This document shows positions 51,001 to 63,610 of a stretch of 64,000 nt of DNA, piece after piece (within the stretch, counting starts at the first letter, position 1; every line of letters starts with the position of its first letter). Made by a program: the position numbers and the translations under genes. Under the pieces are notes generated by a model. It did no database searches, was not told the origin of the DNA, and saw only the letters and a program-made list of their open reading frames with translations. The stretch comes from Rhina ancylostomus (taxonomy: Eukaryota): contig JARFYF010000022.1 of assembly GCA_030265395.1 (NCBI GenBank), forward strand, positions 40,964,895 through 41,028,894, written 5' to 3'.

Positions 51001-52957
51001 AAGATGGGAGATAGATTATTGCTGGAGATCTTGTCTGAGGGTCAGGGTCAGGCCAGAAAGCCTTCCAGATATTTGAGAAGCACCTGCACATGTACTTGAA
51101 TTGCCAAGGTGCAGCAGGCTGGTTAATGGATTTAGTGTAGAATGGTACCCGATTGCCAGCATAGATATAATGGGCCGAAGGGCCTGTTTCTGACTCTTAT
51201 GACTTTTTCACATGCAGTCTGCAGCAGCCATTCAGTCAAAGAGTCAAGTCCTGATGACCTGGACTGATGCTGCAAGAAGCTCAATGATCTCACATACAGC
51301 TGTTCAGAGTCAGAGCTTCAAATGTCATCTCACACCAAGTGCACCACTAGCCTCAGACACTACTCAAGTAACCACACCCCATTGTTCCTGCAGTGGCAAT
51401 CTCTATCAAACCAGACCTGTACTAAACATTCATATGCTCCGTTGCACCCTTACGTATATAGTACTGCTTGTGCTCTTATCTAAGAACTAACATATACTGC
51501 CAAGTGTTCGACAANNNNNNNNNNNNNNNNNNNNNNNNNNNNNNNNNNNNNNNNNNNNNNNNNNNNNNNNNNNNNNNNNNNNNNNNNNNNNNNNNNNNNN
51601 NNNNNNNNNNNNNNNNNNNNNNNNNNNNNNNNNNNNNNNNNNNNNNNNNNNNNNNNNNNNNNNNNNNNNNNNNNNNNNNNNNNNNNNNNNNNNNNNNNNN
51701 NNNNNNNNNNNNNNNNNNNNNNNNNNNNCTTCAATTGCCTCTTCCTCAAACTACACCCTCTTGTGACTTACAAAGCTGTAGAGTGCACAAGTGTGTGCCT
51801 TTAATATTCTCTGCATTTTGCACCTCGAATGGTGCTCAATATTATTTTCATCCCAATTGCATTAAAAAAAACAAGTTTGTAATCTGACCACACATCAGAG
51901 GAAACCAAGAGGAGAGAGAAGAAAAAAAACACACATGACTTGATTGCACTGTTGAATCCACTAGCTCAGGCACTGAGTCTAATTCCCATGGAACATGATA
52001 TGGATGTGGTTAGAGCACTGGGCGCATACGGCCTGCAGCCAGGAAAGGATTGTAGCGGGTAGCTTGTCAGAGGGTAAAGGCACCAGCTTGTCAAAGGGTA
52101 AAGGTCATGGACAAGGGCACAGATGAATGGTCAGCCTATAGAAGGATGGTGGGTTTGTGCAATGAAATGCCCAGAGCATTCGAGACCTGCTAGAAAGCCC
52201 TTTCCCACCATCAAAGAACAGGGAGGAGCCCCACACAAACCTAGCACAGGGCTTTAAATATAGCCTATGTTTTTCAGTGTGGACTTGGTGAGCATTAACA
52301 TATTTGCTGACCCAACTGACGTATGTCCTATGTTGGCCAATCCTGCAGTGTCTATTGAAACATAGCCATCATTCACCAGTTGTTCTAGCATTGCATCGCA
52401 TGTTTAGATGGTGATCGTGCAAGTTCAGAATGCTGCCTTCATGGCTGTGGATTACAGAGAACAAAGGGGTTTGCAAGGTCACCAATCTGCCCTCCAATGG
52501 GTTTCTAAAATTGCCCCAGTGGTATCCAAGGCATTACAATAATGCAAAGATTAACACGTTGTCCTCCATCCTTGGCATCCTCCTACCTTTGCATTCACCG
52601 AGTGCCTTATTGTTGCCTGTGAATCAGACAACCCAGACTGTTGCTACCCACACTGAGATGGTGATATTCCTGCTTGAGGTCATCTTCAAAGCCATCTGCA
52701 GTCTTCTCCACTGAGGGTCAACTGCCATTTGCTAGTCAAGTTACAGCCTCTAGGTTTACACAGAGTAGGAGGATTTGAACAGACGCATTGAAGACAGTCA
52801 CGAAGGGAATAGCACAAGGGTATCTAGTTAACTTGCATGAAATATGGAAAGTTTAAATGTGAATTTAATTTGGAATCTCTGTTTGATGATGTTTGTATTT
52901 GAGCCATGATGGTCAGTGAAATGTGGGACTGTTAGTGAAAGGGAAAATAAGATTATC

Positions 52958-53295
52958 GAACATAGAACATCGAAGTATACAGCTCAGGAATAAGACCTAT
53001 GGCCCACTATGTCTTTGTTGGCCATGATGCCAATTTAAACTGCACATCTGCCTGCACGTGGTCTATAACTCTCTATTCCCTGCCTGTTCATGTGTCTGCC
53101 TAAATGTCTCTTAAACGTTGCTGTCTTATCTGCTTCCAGCACCTCACCAGGCAGCACGTTCCAGGAACCTATCACTCCTCTGTGTAAAAAAAACCTGCCA
53201 AGTAAATCTTCTTTAAACTTTACCCCTCTCACCTTAAAGCTACGTCCTCTAGTATTTGACAGTTCCATCCTCAGAAAAAGACTCTGACTACCTAT
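52958..53295 (-). mobile_element. CR1 LINE 3' end
   Basis: ORF 53035..53310 SNTRGRSFKVRGVKFKEDLLGRFF...WNVLPGEVLEA...FKRHLGRHM; gaacatagaaca tail. Confidence 0.9.
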
Positions 53296-53984
53296 GGTTA
53301 TTGGAATCACACTTTGGTTCTTCGTCGACAGCTCAGACAGATAGTGGCAGACTAGTTTGCTTCTTCAGTTGATCTTCCTCTCTCTCTTCAGCTTCCCAGT
53401 ATATATCAGGTGGCAGGTGCTGCGTCTTATTGTCAAAACCACCAGCAGAGAGCCCGGTACCTGAAGTCACCCTTCAGTTTAAAATATAAACAGAAAATGC
53501 TGGAAACACTGAGCAGGTCAGGCAGCATCTGTGGAAAGAGAAACAGTTTTAAGAACACATTATGCTTCTTTGTCAATGTGATGTGTTGCCAATGCTAAGA
53601 CTGTGGGACATGCCCAGCAGGCCAGACTCTATAAAGAAAGGAAAAGCTGAGCCGAAGTTCTGATACAGACCGAATGGAAAAACAATTTACCTAAAGTTGG
53701 ACAATTTAATATTGATTCCCGAAGGCTGCTAAAATGCCTAGAGAAAGTTGAGGTGTTGTTCCTAATGAGGCCCAACACAAGCTTGTAACATTGTAGGAAG
53801 CCACAGGCAAAGAGCTCAGAATGTGGGTGGGATGATGAACTAACGTACCTATATCTCTCTGTAGACTCCCCGCATCCTCTGCTACATCTATTTCTTGGTT
53901 TATTGCCTGTGCCACTGTAATGTTATTATTTGTTGGCCCACAGACAACTTCCACCAGTTTTTTTTTTCCCTTTACTATTCCTAA

Positions 53985-54298
53985 GGGCAGGCACGGTAGT
54001 GTAGCGGTTAGTGTAATGCTATTACAGCGCCAGAGACCTGGGTTCAATTCCGCCACTGTCTGTAAGGAGTTTGTACATTCTCCCCGTGTCTGCGTGGGTT
54101 TCCTCCGGGTGCTCCGGTTTCCTCCNNNNNNNNNNNNNNNNNNNNNNNNNNNNNNNNNNNNNNNNNNNNNNNNNNNNNNNNNNNNNNNNNNNNNNNNNNN
54201 NNNNNNNNNGGGCTGCCCCCAGAACACTCTACGCAAAAAATGTATTTCACTGTGTGTTTTGATGAACATGTGACGAATAAAGATATCTTGTCTTGTCA
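53985..54298 (+). mobile_element. V-SINE with Rex1/Babar-like tail (spans gap)
   Basis: Head ggcacggtagtgtagcggttag...ggttcaattcc, V-core, tail atttcactgtgtgttttgatg...aataaagatatcttgtcttg. Confidence 0.85.
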
Positions 54299-54619
54299 TT
54301 AGCAACACATTACACTGACAAGCTTAATTTTAACTGCTACTTAATTAACTACTCCATCAGAAATATTCTCTTTCTTCTACCCATTCTTCCCCCCATCTTC
54401 TCTGCTACCTAAAACTAAATTGCTTTCCGTGTTCCAATGAAGTGACCTGGACCTCTAATGTTAACTCTGTTTCTCCTTCCACAGACGCTGCCTGACTTAC
54501 TGAGTGTTTCCAGCATCTTTTGTTTTTATTTAAGATTTACAGCATCTGCCGTTTGTTGGTTTTCGCCCTTTAGCTTGTTGTGGTAGCTCAAGTGCGGCTG
54601 GAATTCATAATCAAACATA

Positions 54620-55020
54620 TGAACACGCTTCACAGGATGATTACCAATGAAAGATGAATGCTGAGCCATTAATGAGGTTAGGTCAGATGACCAAAAGCTT
54701 AGTCAAAGCTATACATTTTAAGACATGTCTGAAAGGTAGGTGAAGATGTTTTGAGAGGGAATTCCAGCATTTATGGCCTTGACAGTTGAAGGCATGGCTG
54801 CCAGTTGTGGGACTATTAAATTTGAGGATGATCAGGAGGCCAGAAATGGAGGAGCACAGATATCAGGGAGGTTTACAGGGTTGGAGAAGATTGCAGAGAT
54901 AGGGATGGACAAGATCAGCAGTGGTGCTGAGTGTACAGGATGCATTACAAGCTAGGAAGTAAGCATCATGGTTTTAGATGGCCTCAGGCTTATGGTGAGG
55001 ATAGCAGATTGCTGTAGAAT
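54620..55020 (-). mobile_element. L2-like LINE 3' fragment
   Basis: cagatgaccaaaagcttagtcaaag...gagggaattccagca...agttgaaggcatggctgcca. Confidence 0.7.
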
Positions 55021-55033
55021 GAAATCATGTTGT

Positions 55034-55200
55034 GAGTCATAGAGCCATAACAACACGGAAACAGGCCCTTTGGCCCAACTCATCCAGGCTGACCAAGGTG
55101 CCTACATAGAACATAACAGCACTACAGCGTTACTACCTGAGCGAGTCCCATTTGTGTGTGTTTGGCCCATATCCCTCTGAACCTTTCCGATCCATGTGCA
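55034..55200 (-). mobile_element. CR1 tail carrying a tiny nested insertion
   Basis: gagtcatagag...gaaacaggccctttggccca; nested atagaacataacagcactacagcgtta flanked by ctac. Confidence 0.7.
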
Positions 55201-55427
55201 TCGAGTCAATAGCACAAAAGGCAAGAATCTTTCCAAAACCACATGTTCTCTACCTGCCAGTCTCTGCATGAAGTGCAGTCAGCTATCTTTGATTCGAGAA
55301 CTAATGTGGCAAATGGGATTAGTGTAGATAGGCATCATGGTTGGCATAGATGAGTTGGGCTGAATTGTACAATTCTATGATTATGATTCAGCAATCTCCA
55401 TAAGGCAGCAATGGGTGACAAACTCTG

Positions 55428-55712
55428 AGATAAGATAGTCAATTATACATCGAAACACGCAGTGAAATGCATCTTTTGCATAGAGGGTTCTGGGGGGAAG
55501 CCCGCAAGTGTCGCCACGCTTCCAGTGCCAACATAGAATGCCCACAACTTCCCAACCTGTATGTCTTCTGGAATGTGGGAGGAAACCGAGCACCTGGAGG
55601 AAACCCACACAGTCACAGGGAGAACGTACAAGCTCCTTACAGACAGCGGCCGGAATTGAACTTGGGTCACTGGCACTGTAATAGCGTCACGCTAACTGCT
55701 ACACTACTGTGC
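55428..55712 (-). mobile_element. Near full-length V-SINE with Rex1/Babar-like tail
   Basis: Head (reverse of gcacagtagtgtagcagttagcgtg...caagttcaattcc), V-core and tail to gataagata. Confidence 0.85.
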
Positions 55713-56099
55713 TTGTTGCAAATATCTAGAGCTCCCCCCTAAAGGAGTCATATGTAAAGACTTAATTACCACAGTCACCTTGATGGCCACTGGCAATGCA
55801 CTCCTTGTTCTAATCTAGGTTGCACTTCTGGCAAGTTTTGGCTAAAACATCCTTATGGAGAAAGTAGACAACCCATATGTTGTTCATCACTGATTTTCAG
55901 GAGAATTATTCCGTGAACGTCCTGGGAGGATGTACCCTGGAGCTGAAAGGCTTCCTCCCACTCCTCCTCCCTCTTCAGGCACCTTGTCCTGCCGTTGGCT
56001 CTCTTCTCACTCCCCTGACTATGTTGTATTCCAAGGCCTAGTAATGTACCTGGGCCTGGGAGCTGCAGTTTGAGCAGCAAAATGTCCTTCAGTGCCTGC

Positions 56100-56460
56100 C
56101 GCATCGCTCACTGAAAACTACTGCAACTTGAATCAGCTCATGAAAGCACTAAGCAGTTACACAGTCAGAGCAACAGCAAGCTGAAATTAACCCGCGACTA
56201 ATCTGTAAAGAGCTGTTGATCCCTTTAAGTGGCATGGGTTTGGGATGGATTGAGATGGGGGAGTGATGGCATTCCACTTACCACTGGTGGTCAGCCGTGC
56301 ATGTTTAAAAGGAGTTAGCTAGACGGTTTGGCTCCAAAATAGCAGTGCTTAATTCAAATCATTGATGCATGCTGATTGACATTACGATTTGCCTGCTCTG
56401 CATACTTCCAGCAAGCTTACAGTGTACATAAAGCAATGACCTCACCTGCATGGTATCTGA
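56100..56460. promoter_or_regulatory. Candidate conserved non-coding element
   Basis: Repeat-free; PBX-MEIS composite TGATTGACA (~56373), TAATC, TTAATT, MEF2-like ccaaaatag. Confidence 0.3.
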
Positions 56461-58029
56461 CATGACATGGATCACACGAGCACATGTGCTGTGTATATCA
56501 TTCTGTACCTTCTCGAAAGATTCTCATAACACCCAAAAAATTAGCAGTGACTGAATCCAAATTTGCATTCCTGACTCCCATATACATTCAGTGTCTACCT
56601 TGTGCTGGTCACACTGTAAACAGTTCACCCTCGTCCACCAACATATTCCCTTTGCAGGCTTCGGTTGTGTTTTTCTTCCATGAGTTCATGTTTTAAAATT
56701 AGTGCAGACTGTTTAATTTTTATATTTCTAGGCTTATTGGGGCTTGGTCAATGTTTATCCTTCAATCAATACCACCAGCAGAATATCTGGTTCTTATTCT
56801 ACAGGACAAACCGACTATCTCACTTCACTCAGTGGGACAACGACCACACTTCATTTGTCACAAAATTAGATCTGTTTGTGCCTGCTGTATTATGTGCATA
56901 TTCTGCCAAAAAAAAGCACAATTTACCTTTTAGTTAAGCGTTTGCAACAAATCTGGAAACTGGGCCCAAATCTATTCTGTCATGATTCCCCCTAATGTAG
57001 GTTTCATTTTCCCGCTGTATTTCCTACACATTTTAATTACTCAGCAACCCAAAGTTTGCGGCCTATGAATTTGGTCACGTATTCACAAGACAGAGAATAC
57101 ATCACACTGGAAGTAGTGAATCCTGTGAAATTTAGAGGCACGTCACCAGGATATTGTTTTATGCTTTGTAAACCAGTCACTCTTTCCTCTGTACATTTCA
57201 TTGCATTAAAAGTGTCATGGCATCACACCATTGCCCCTGACTTATTCCCGTCCTGATCACGGCATTCTCAGACCAATCCCATTGGGCTGCTTCGTGACTC
57301 AGGGGCCCATGTGCAGTCAAGGCATTCCTCATCCATCTTGACTTCTCTCTTCACTTCCCTCTTCACTGCTCACTCACCCCCTCCCCACCACCCTAATCTC
57401 CTCTCTGCAGCAGCTTGAGTCTGCCCGGGAGAGATCCCCTTTCATAGTGTGGATTTCCCTTTAATAGCATGGTTGCTGCAAGCAGCAGTGGGTGTCGGGT
57501 TTTAGCTTCTCATAAAGGGAGTACACAATAACAAACATTTTCTTGAAGCAGGAGTGTTTCACTTTAGTGATTTTTATTTTGTGTAACATCTCATTTCCCC
57601 ATAATGCTAAGCAGAGCTCCCAATCAGCACACCAGAAATGTCTAAAGTCCAATTTATAGGCAAGTGTCTGAAAAGCATTTTGCTATGTCCTGGTTGAATA
57701 AAGCACAATGTAACTTGCAAGATCTAGTTTAGCCTTCTGCATAAGTGATAGATATTGCTGCATGTTTGTCATGAAAGAATTATATTGTCTACAGTGCATT
57801 GGATCCATCATGGGTTTTGTGGTCACTTATGCTCATTGGTTTCTGCAGTGTTTGTCCTCAAGTTAACCCATGGAGTTGTGCTTGTAGTTTAAGTATAAAC
57901 AGAAAATGATGGGGATACTCGGCAGATCGGGCAGCAAAGGTGGAGAGAGAAAAGAAATTAATTTTTCAGGTTGATGATCCTGTATTTTAAGTTTTCTTTG
58001 GTGTCTTTGGATGCTACTAATGCATAATA

Positions 58030-58251
58030 TTAACACAGAGAGTAGTGGGTGCCTGGAACGCCCTGCTGGCGGAGGTTGTGGGGGCACATACATTAGGGAC
58101 ATTTAAGAGACTCTTTGATAGACACACGAATGACGGAGAAATGGAAGGTTATGTGGGAGGGAAGGGTTAGGTAGATCTTAGAGCAGGATAAAATGTCGGC
58201 ACAACATTGTGGGCAGAAGGGCCTGTATTGTGTTGTTATGTTCTATGTTCT
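58030..58251 (+). mobile_element. CR1 LINE 3' end (young, short)
   Basis: acacagagagtagtgggtgcctggaacg...gggacatttaagagactc...gaagggcctgt...ttctatgttcta. Confidence 0.85.
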
Positions 58252-60229
58252 AACACCCATATATTTATAGACCAAAGGCAGTGCTTGTAAGTTAACTTTC
58301 AACTTTGTATTTAAGTGGAGTTTCATTCCACAGGTAAGAGGTAATGACCCCATTGATGTTTGCTGATGTTTTGCAGTGAGTAGTGGACAAGGGTGAGGTC
58401 ATTCACTTTGAAAGATAAATATAAGTACTTGCTAAAAGGTTGTGGAAGCAAGGCCAATTTGTGCTTTTAGGTCTGCAACAGATAAAAGTGTTTTTACTAG
58501 TTAACATTACTGAGCAGATAGATGGAGGTGAGGTACAATCAGCCATGATCTAACTAAGATTCAAGGGTGGAATTGGCCAGTTCTCTCCCTTGTTTGTCAG
58601 GCTGCTAACACTGCTCAGCATTTGAGTAAATTAGTACAGTTTCACAACAAGTTTGATAAGTTCTTCTTGCAGGCCTGATATTATCTGTATCCAATTATGT
58701 GCTCGTTATGAGGTCATGGCATCACATGGCTTGTGGTCTTGTTTACAAAGTCCAGCATGGCTTGTTGGTGTTCCACTTCCTGCTGTCTGAGCTTCTGTCT
58801 GGTTTCCTGGTACAGTGCAGTTGCCACAATCAACTTAACATCAAATTGGTGGTTAGAAATCAAAACTGGAAGTCAAGGGATTTCTGCGTAATGCTGATGC
58901 ACATTAACGTTTTAAAATAACCATATTAGCCTCAACAAAACCAAGACTTGTCCTAGCATATCTAGCTAGATCTGTTATGGGTAAAGTCCAATCAATAAAC
59001 AAGAGCAAAAGTAGGTAAGAGAGGTGGCAGATAGTTTATACAAGGAAAAATTTGCCCTTAGGTAATGACTTTGATGTTTTAAAGCACTTTACTGCAGATG
59101 AAGCATTTTTGAAGTGTTAAAATGCAGGAAGCAAAAGCATTTCAAGATGGCAATGATCAAAATATCAGCAAGATTCACCAATTTTTTGAAAATCTTTGTT
59201 TGCCTCCTCCCTTGCATGGTGTCAACCTTGCTGAGCAACACTTGTCATCCTGTTAAACTGCCACTTTAATGTGAAGACCAGCAAGTGCATGTTCCCTGAC
59301 TTTTTGACTGCAGAGTGCAGTCAAAAGCCTATACCATCCTCATGTGGTAAATTGTGCACATTCAATAACCTTGCAGAGTTGCTCAATATCAGTTAATAAA
59401 AAACTGATAATTTTTTAATCTGGCCCACTTTCCGGATGGCTAATCTGTAACAAGAAAGGTGTACTGACTGGATATGGATGGAAATACTGCCTGTTTCTGT
59501 GCAAATATGAGATTAAAACAACAATCTTAGACAATGGTGTTGGTTTTCACAGAATCTTATAGAAAGGTCTATGGTGAGTTCATTCCAGAATTCCTGATCA
59601 GTACAGTAAAAGCAGGTTATCTGATAACATTAAGGATTACCTCATTGCACTTGGTACAATTAATTCCCAGATTACCCTGTAAACTTCACATTCCAACATG
59701 GTTAAGTACTTCAGGGGACTGGACCTTTAACCTTTATTTGCTGTTGAGCTAACAAGGAAATTGGGCAAAAAAGTAAAACTGTAGTCAAGAGAGCACTTGC
59801 CAGGTAATGTGTGACACTTGTAAGGAAGTGTAAAGTGTATTATGAATGCTACTGAATCCTTTGTTAAACATAGTGAAGAACGCCTTCCTCTCATTTCCAT
59901 GGGGACTCTGCCTTGTGTTTAATAATCTTCTTTGTCTTGGAATCTCCTCTCATCGCACTTTGTAACATGCCGCAGGATGTTTTTATTCTGTCTTAAAGGC
60001 CCAGTCCCTGAAACCTGTAGCAGTCCAAAAAGTGAAGTGGAAGCTTAGCTCTGGTGGACCATGATAGAATATTGAGATTCCTTCAGAGCAAGCACTTTCA
60101 CTGATGGTGAACAAGCAATGGCTATGTATTAATGTGATATTATCTTAAGTATATTTAACTTCTTAATGTGGGAGCCTTGACTCTTATAGTTGGCCAGCTG
60201 TCTAATTATGGAAGTAGTGATGGCTGAGC

Positions 60230-61080
60230 CTTGTCCTCAGGCAGTACCTTACAGTTGACGATGACTTATTTCCAACCTCCTGTGGGTTCCGTGGTGGCTG
60301 ACATGGGGCCCAGCGACTCTGCCGCTGGTGGGGCAGGAGAGGTGGCAGGATGGCAGGTGCATAATTTGGGAGATTGTCATTTATGTGTGCACCCAACGAA
60401 AGAATTTGAGCTCTCAGTGCCATCCCAAACCTTGGTTCACCATTTTGAGTGGATGGGTGCCAAGAATTCCAAGGAGTTTTTGGGAAATTGCACATTTTCA
60501 AGGAGGTTCTGACAGCATTCTTAAATGTATCCCTCTATCCACCTGGTGATCTCTCACAGTGTCCATTTTGGGAACCTGGTGTCAGGCATGTGAGTGAGGT
60601 GGTCCACTCAGTGGAGCTGACTGATTGTAATTAATGCCGCAAAGGCTGGGGGTGTTGCCAGTGGATAGGGATGATTGTTCAGGCACAGCTTTGCACAATA
60701 CCACTCTCCCAGCAATGTTACCCTAGAAACAGTGGATCCCTTCCCACAGATGGCACAGCTCTCCAGCACTTCAATGTGCTAAGTGTAGGTAGTCCTTGAA
60801 TCAGAAGTGTACAGAAGGACAGGCATTGCTACTGCCCAGTAGGCGAAGAGCACTTTGCTAGGTTTGAATGTCAAACACTCTTTTCCCCAGTGGCCAAAGA
60901 CTGTGTTGGCGCACTGAAGACAGTGATGAATTTCATCATCGATGTCTGCCTTCGTTGAGTGGCGGGAAGGGATCCACTGTTTCCAGGGTACCATTGCTGG
61001 GAGAGTGGTATTGTGCAGCAGGGGCAGGTTAGTTGAGAACCTTTGTCAAAAGTGAGGCTCAACCACCCATATACTTCAGC
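60230..61080 (-). mobile_element. RTE-clade LINE fossil containing a 54-bp inverted duplication
   Basis: ORF 60779..60994 TKADIDDEIHHCLQCANTVFG...FKPSK...AVAMPVLLY; 3' end near 60230-60275 (reverse of gtcatcgtc...ctgcctgagga). Confidence 0.8.
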
Positions 61081-61087
61081 AAGTGAC

Positions 61088-61620
61088 AACGGCACAGTGG
61101 TGCAGCTGGCAGAGCTGCTGCCTCACAGCTCCAGCCATCAGGGTTTAGTCCTGACCTCTTGTGCTGTCTGTGTGGAGCTTGCACATTCTTGGTGTGTCTG
61201 CAAGGGTTTCCCCTTGGGTACTTCAATTTCCTTCACATGCCAAAGATGTGTGAATTAGATATCTAAGGAGGAGATAGATAGCGATCTAAATCATCAAGGT
61301 ATCAAGGGATATGGGGATAAAGCCGCAAATTGGGGTTAGAATAGTTCTTTTTCTCATTGCCCCCCCATTTTGTTTTTCCCCTTTTCTTTGGAGCAGACTC
61401 AATGGGCCAAATGGCCTAGTTCCGTCTTGTGATCTTGTGAATTTGTAGGTTGATTGGCCACCGTAAGTTGTCCTTACTCCGTAAGTGAGTGGTAGAATCT
61501 GTGGGGAGTTGATGGGAATGTGAGGGGAATAAAATGGGATTTGTGTAGGATAAATGGGAATTGATGGTCAGTGTGGACTCTTTCGACAATGGGCAGTTTC
61601 TGCATTGTATGATTCTATTA
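61088..61620 (+). mobile_element. V-SINE interrupted by a CR1 3' fragment (~61256-61440)
   Basis: SINE head and V-core to ccaaagatgtgtg, then CR1 end (gagatagatagc...caagggatatgggg...cttgtgatcttgtga), then the SINE resumes (gtaggttgattggccacc). Confidence 0.8.
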
Positions 61621-62749
61621 TTCCATCAAGTATATGAAGACTTAGATCTCAGCCTACTTGTGTATGCTGCAGCCTGGTGACAGGCGGGCGTGACCTTGGT
61701 TCTGGGTGGAGGTGATGTAGGTTGAATGGTTTCTCATTTATCCTACAGATTTTTCTCCACCAAGGCGGGAAGCTTGTTAGAGGTGAGGTACAGTGCAGAA
61801 CTGGGGTGACAAAGATTGAGAAAAGTGTTTGGGCTAAGTCAGAATACTTGCACAGCAGATATTTCCCTCACTACCACAGCATTTGATTAATTGCATGTGG
61901 AATATTGGTGGACAAACTTAATACAAAGGCATTGTGGAGGCTGTCCTGACTACATGCACTTACTTGCATATCACTGATTTCAAACAAGTGGAACACTCAG
62001 AACAATTCCTTTAGGCCATGGCATTGAGTGTAAGTCCACATGTGTGCAACCTGCACTCCCTTCAGCAATCTTCCCATTTACTAAAGTTGCACAATCCTCT
62101 CATAATGCTGCCAATTATCCATAGGAGGGAGATTAAATCATTTACGTAAGCCATCCATCACTTGCTTTCTACATCCCTGTACTGCAGGTTGACTGATGTG
62201 ACTGATATCATCCATTCAGCAACATGAAGTCATTAGCAGGTGGGTCTGAGATCACTCAGTGGTTATGAAACTGATTTGCATCTCCCTCCTGGCACAACAA
62301 AGATAAGTAGAGAAGGATTAAAGTCGAGGCACAACAAAAAATACAAAGACTGCTGCGTATCCAACAGGTGCTGGAGAGAAAATGCTGAAGATCCAAGACA
62401 AATTGCTCAAATAAGTTAAAGTTTTCCTCTAAATACTCTTTCAGAGCTCTATAAATGGTCCTTCACATTAAGCTGCGCTCCGTCAAACTTAGACACCCAT
62501 TTACACAAGCGAATGATTGTCAGAAGTATTCCAACATGGCAACGAATCATAGGTTGGCACACACAGAAAATAGCCATTCAGCCCATTAAGTTTGCTTCAA
62601 CCCATTGCTGTCTATTTATTCATACTAGGCCCACTGCTCTTTTACCACAGCCCTGCAAACTTTACTCCCTCAGGAGGGCATTGAAGGCAGCTGCTGCTTG
62701 AACTCATTGCAATGTACAAAATTCTTGTGGGATCAATACAGGGATGTTA

Positions 62750-63610
62750 TGTCTCGGGGCTTAGGTATCAAGAAGCAGGGATTATGGTCTCATATTCAGA
62801 ATGAGGACTGAGAGAGGAAGAAATTTTCTCACCAGAAGGAAATGAATCATTGAAATCCCCTACCCAAGAGACCCATGGAGGCTCAGTCACTGAGTACATT
62901 TCCAGACAGGCTACATTTGGAGTATGGTGTGCAGTTCTGCTCGCCACATTACTGGAAGGATATGAAGGCTTCGGGGAGGATGCAAAAGAGGTTCACCAGG
63001 GTGTTGCCTGGACTGGAGAACATTGGCTATAAGGAGACTTTGGGCAAACTTGGGTTGTTTTCTTTGGAGCATCGGAAGCTGAGGTGCTAGCTAATAGATG
63101 TTTATAAACCATGAGAGGCATAGATAGGGTAAACAGTCAGAATCTTTTCTCCAGGGTCAAATACTCGAGGTCATGGGTTTAAGGTGAGAGGGTGTAAGTT
63201 TGAAGGTGATCTGCGGGAGAAGTTTTTTACACAGAGATTGGTAGGTGCCTGGAGCGCATTGCCACGGGAGGTGGTGGAAGCAGATATGACAACAACATCT
63301 AAGAAGCACTTAAATAGGTACATGAACAGCCAGGGAATGCAGGAATATAGACCACGTGGAGGAAGATGGGATTAATTTAAATTGGCATCATAGTTGTCCC
63401 AGACATTGTGGGCCAAAGGACCTGTTCCTGTGCTGTACTGTTCTATGTCCTATGTTACAGAGATCAGTAGGTTCTGGATATTAAGGGAATCAAAAGGTAG
63501 TGCAGCAAAGAAGCGTTGAGATAAAAGATCGGCCACAATCTTACCTAATGGTGGAGCAGATACAAAAGGCTGGCTGGACCACTCCTGTTTCTTTTTCCTG
63601 CGTCCTTATC
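62750..63610 (+). mobile_element. Younger CR1 (~62910-63455) nested in an older CR1 3' end
   Basis: ORFs LHLEYGVQFCSPHYWKDMKA...QKRFTRVLPGL and RGCKFEGDLREKFFTQRLVGAWSALP; the older copy breaks at gagtacatttccagacag and resumes at acagagatcagtagg. Confidence 0.85.

Larger units (their letters stand above)
5052..54209. other. Twelve assembly gaps: 5052-5151, 7725-7734, 15575-16390, 17190-17350, 19616-20085, 31676-31685, 34545-34723, 39682-39781, 41253-41352, 50021-50120, 51515-51728, 54126-54209
   Basis: N runs; several fall inside or beside repeats. Confidence 0.98.

Noticed and set aside
50611-51099. 162-aa ATG-initiated ORF, the longest gap-free ORF
   Set aside because: No recognisable domain, W/C/F-rich composition, overlaps an enhancer-like block; about one ORF of this length is plausible by chance in six frames of 64 kb. 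Conserved codon structure would be needed to reinstate it.
60692-61017. Apparent MITE or Pack-type transposon with 54-bp TIRs
   Set aside because: One arm is collinear native RTE sequence and there is no TSD; better explained as an inverted duplication (kept as a finding in that form).
61749-61782. Plus-strand mini-exon candidate (cctacag|...gag|gtgagg); similar ones near 4661, 6870-6941, 9431 and 43632
   Set aside because: No recognisable peptide and no coherent exon chain; expected background of splice-like signals.
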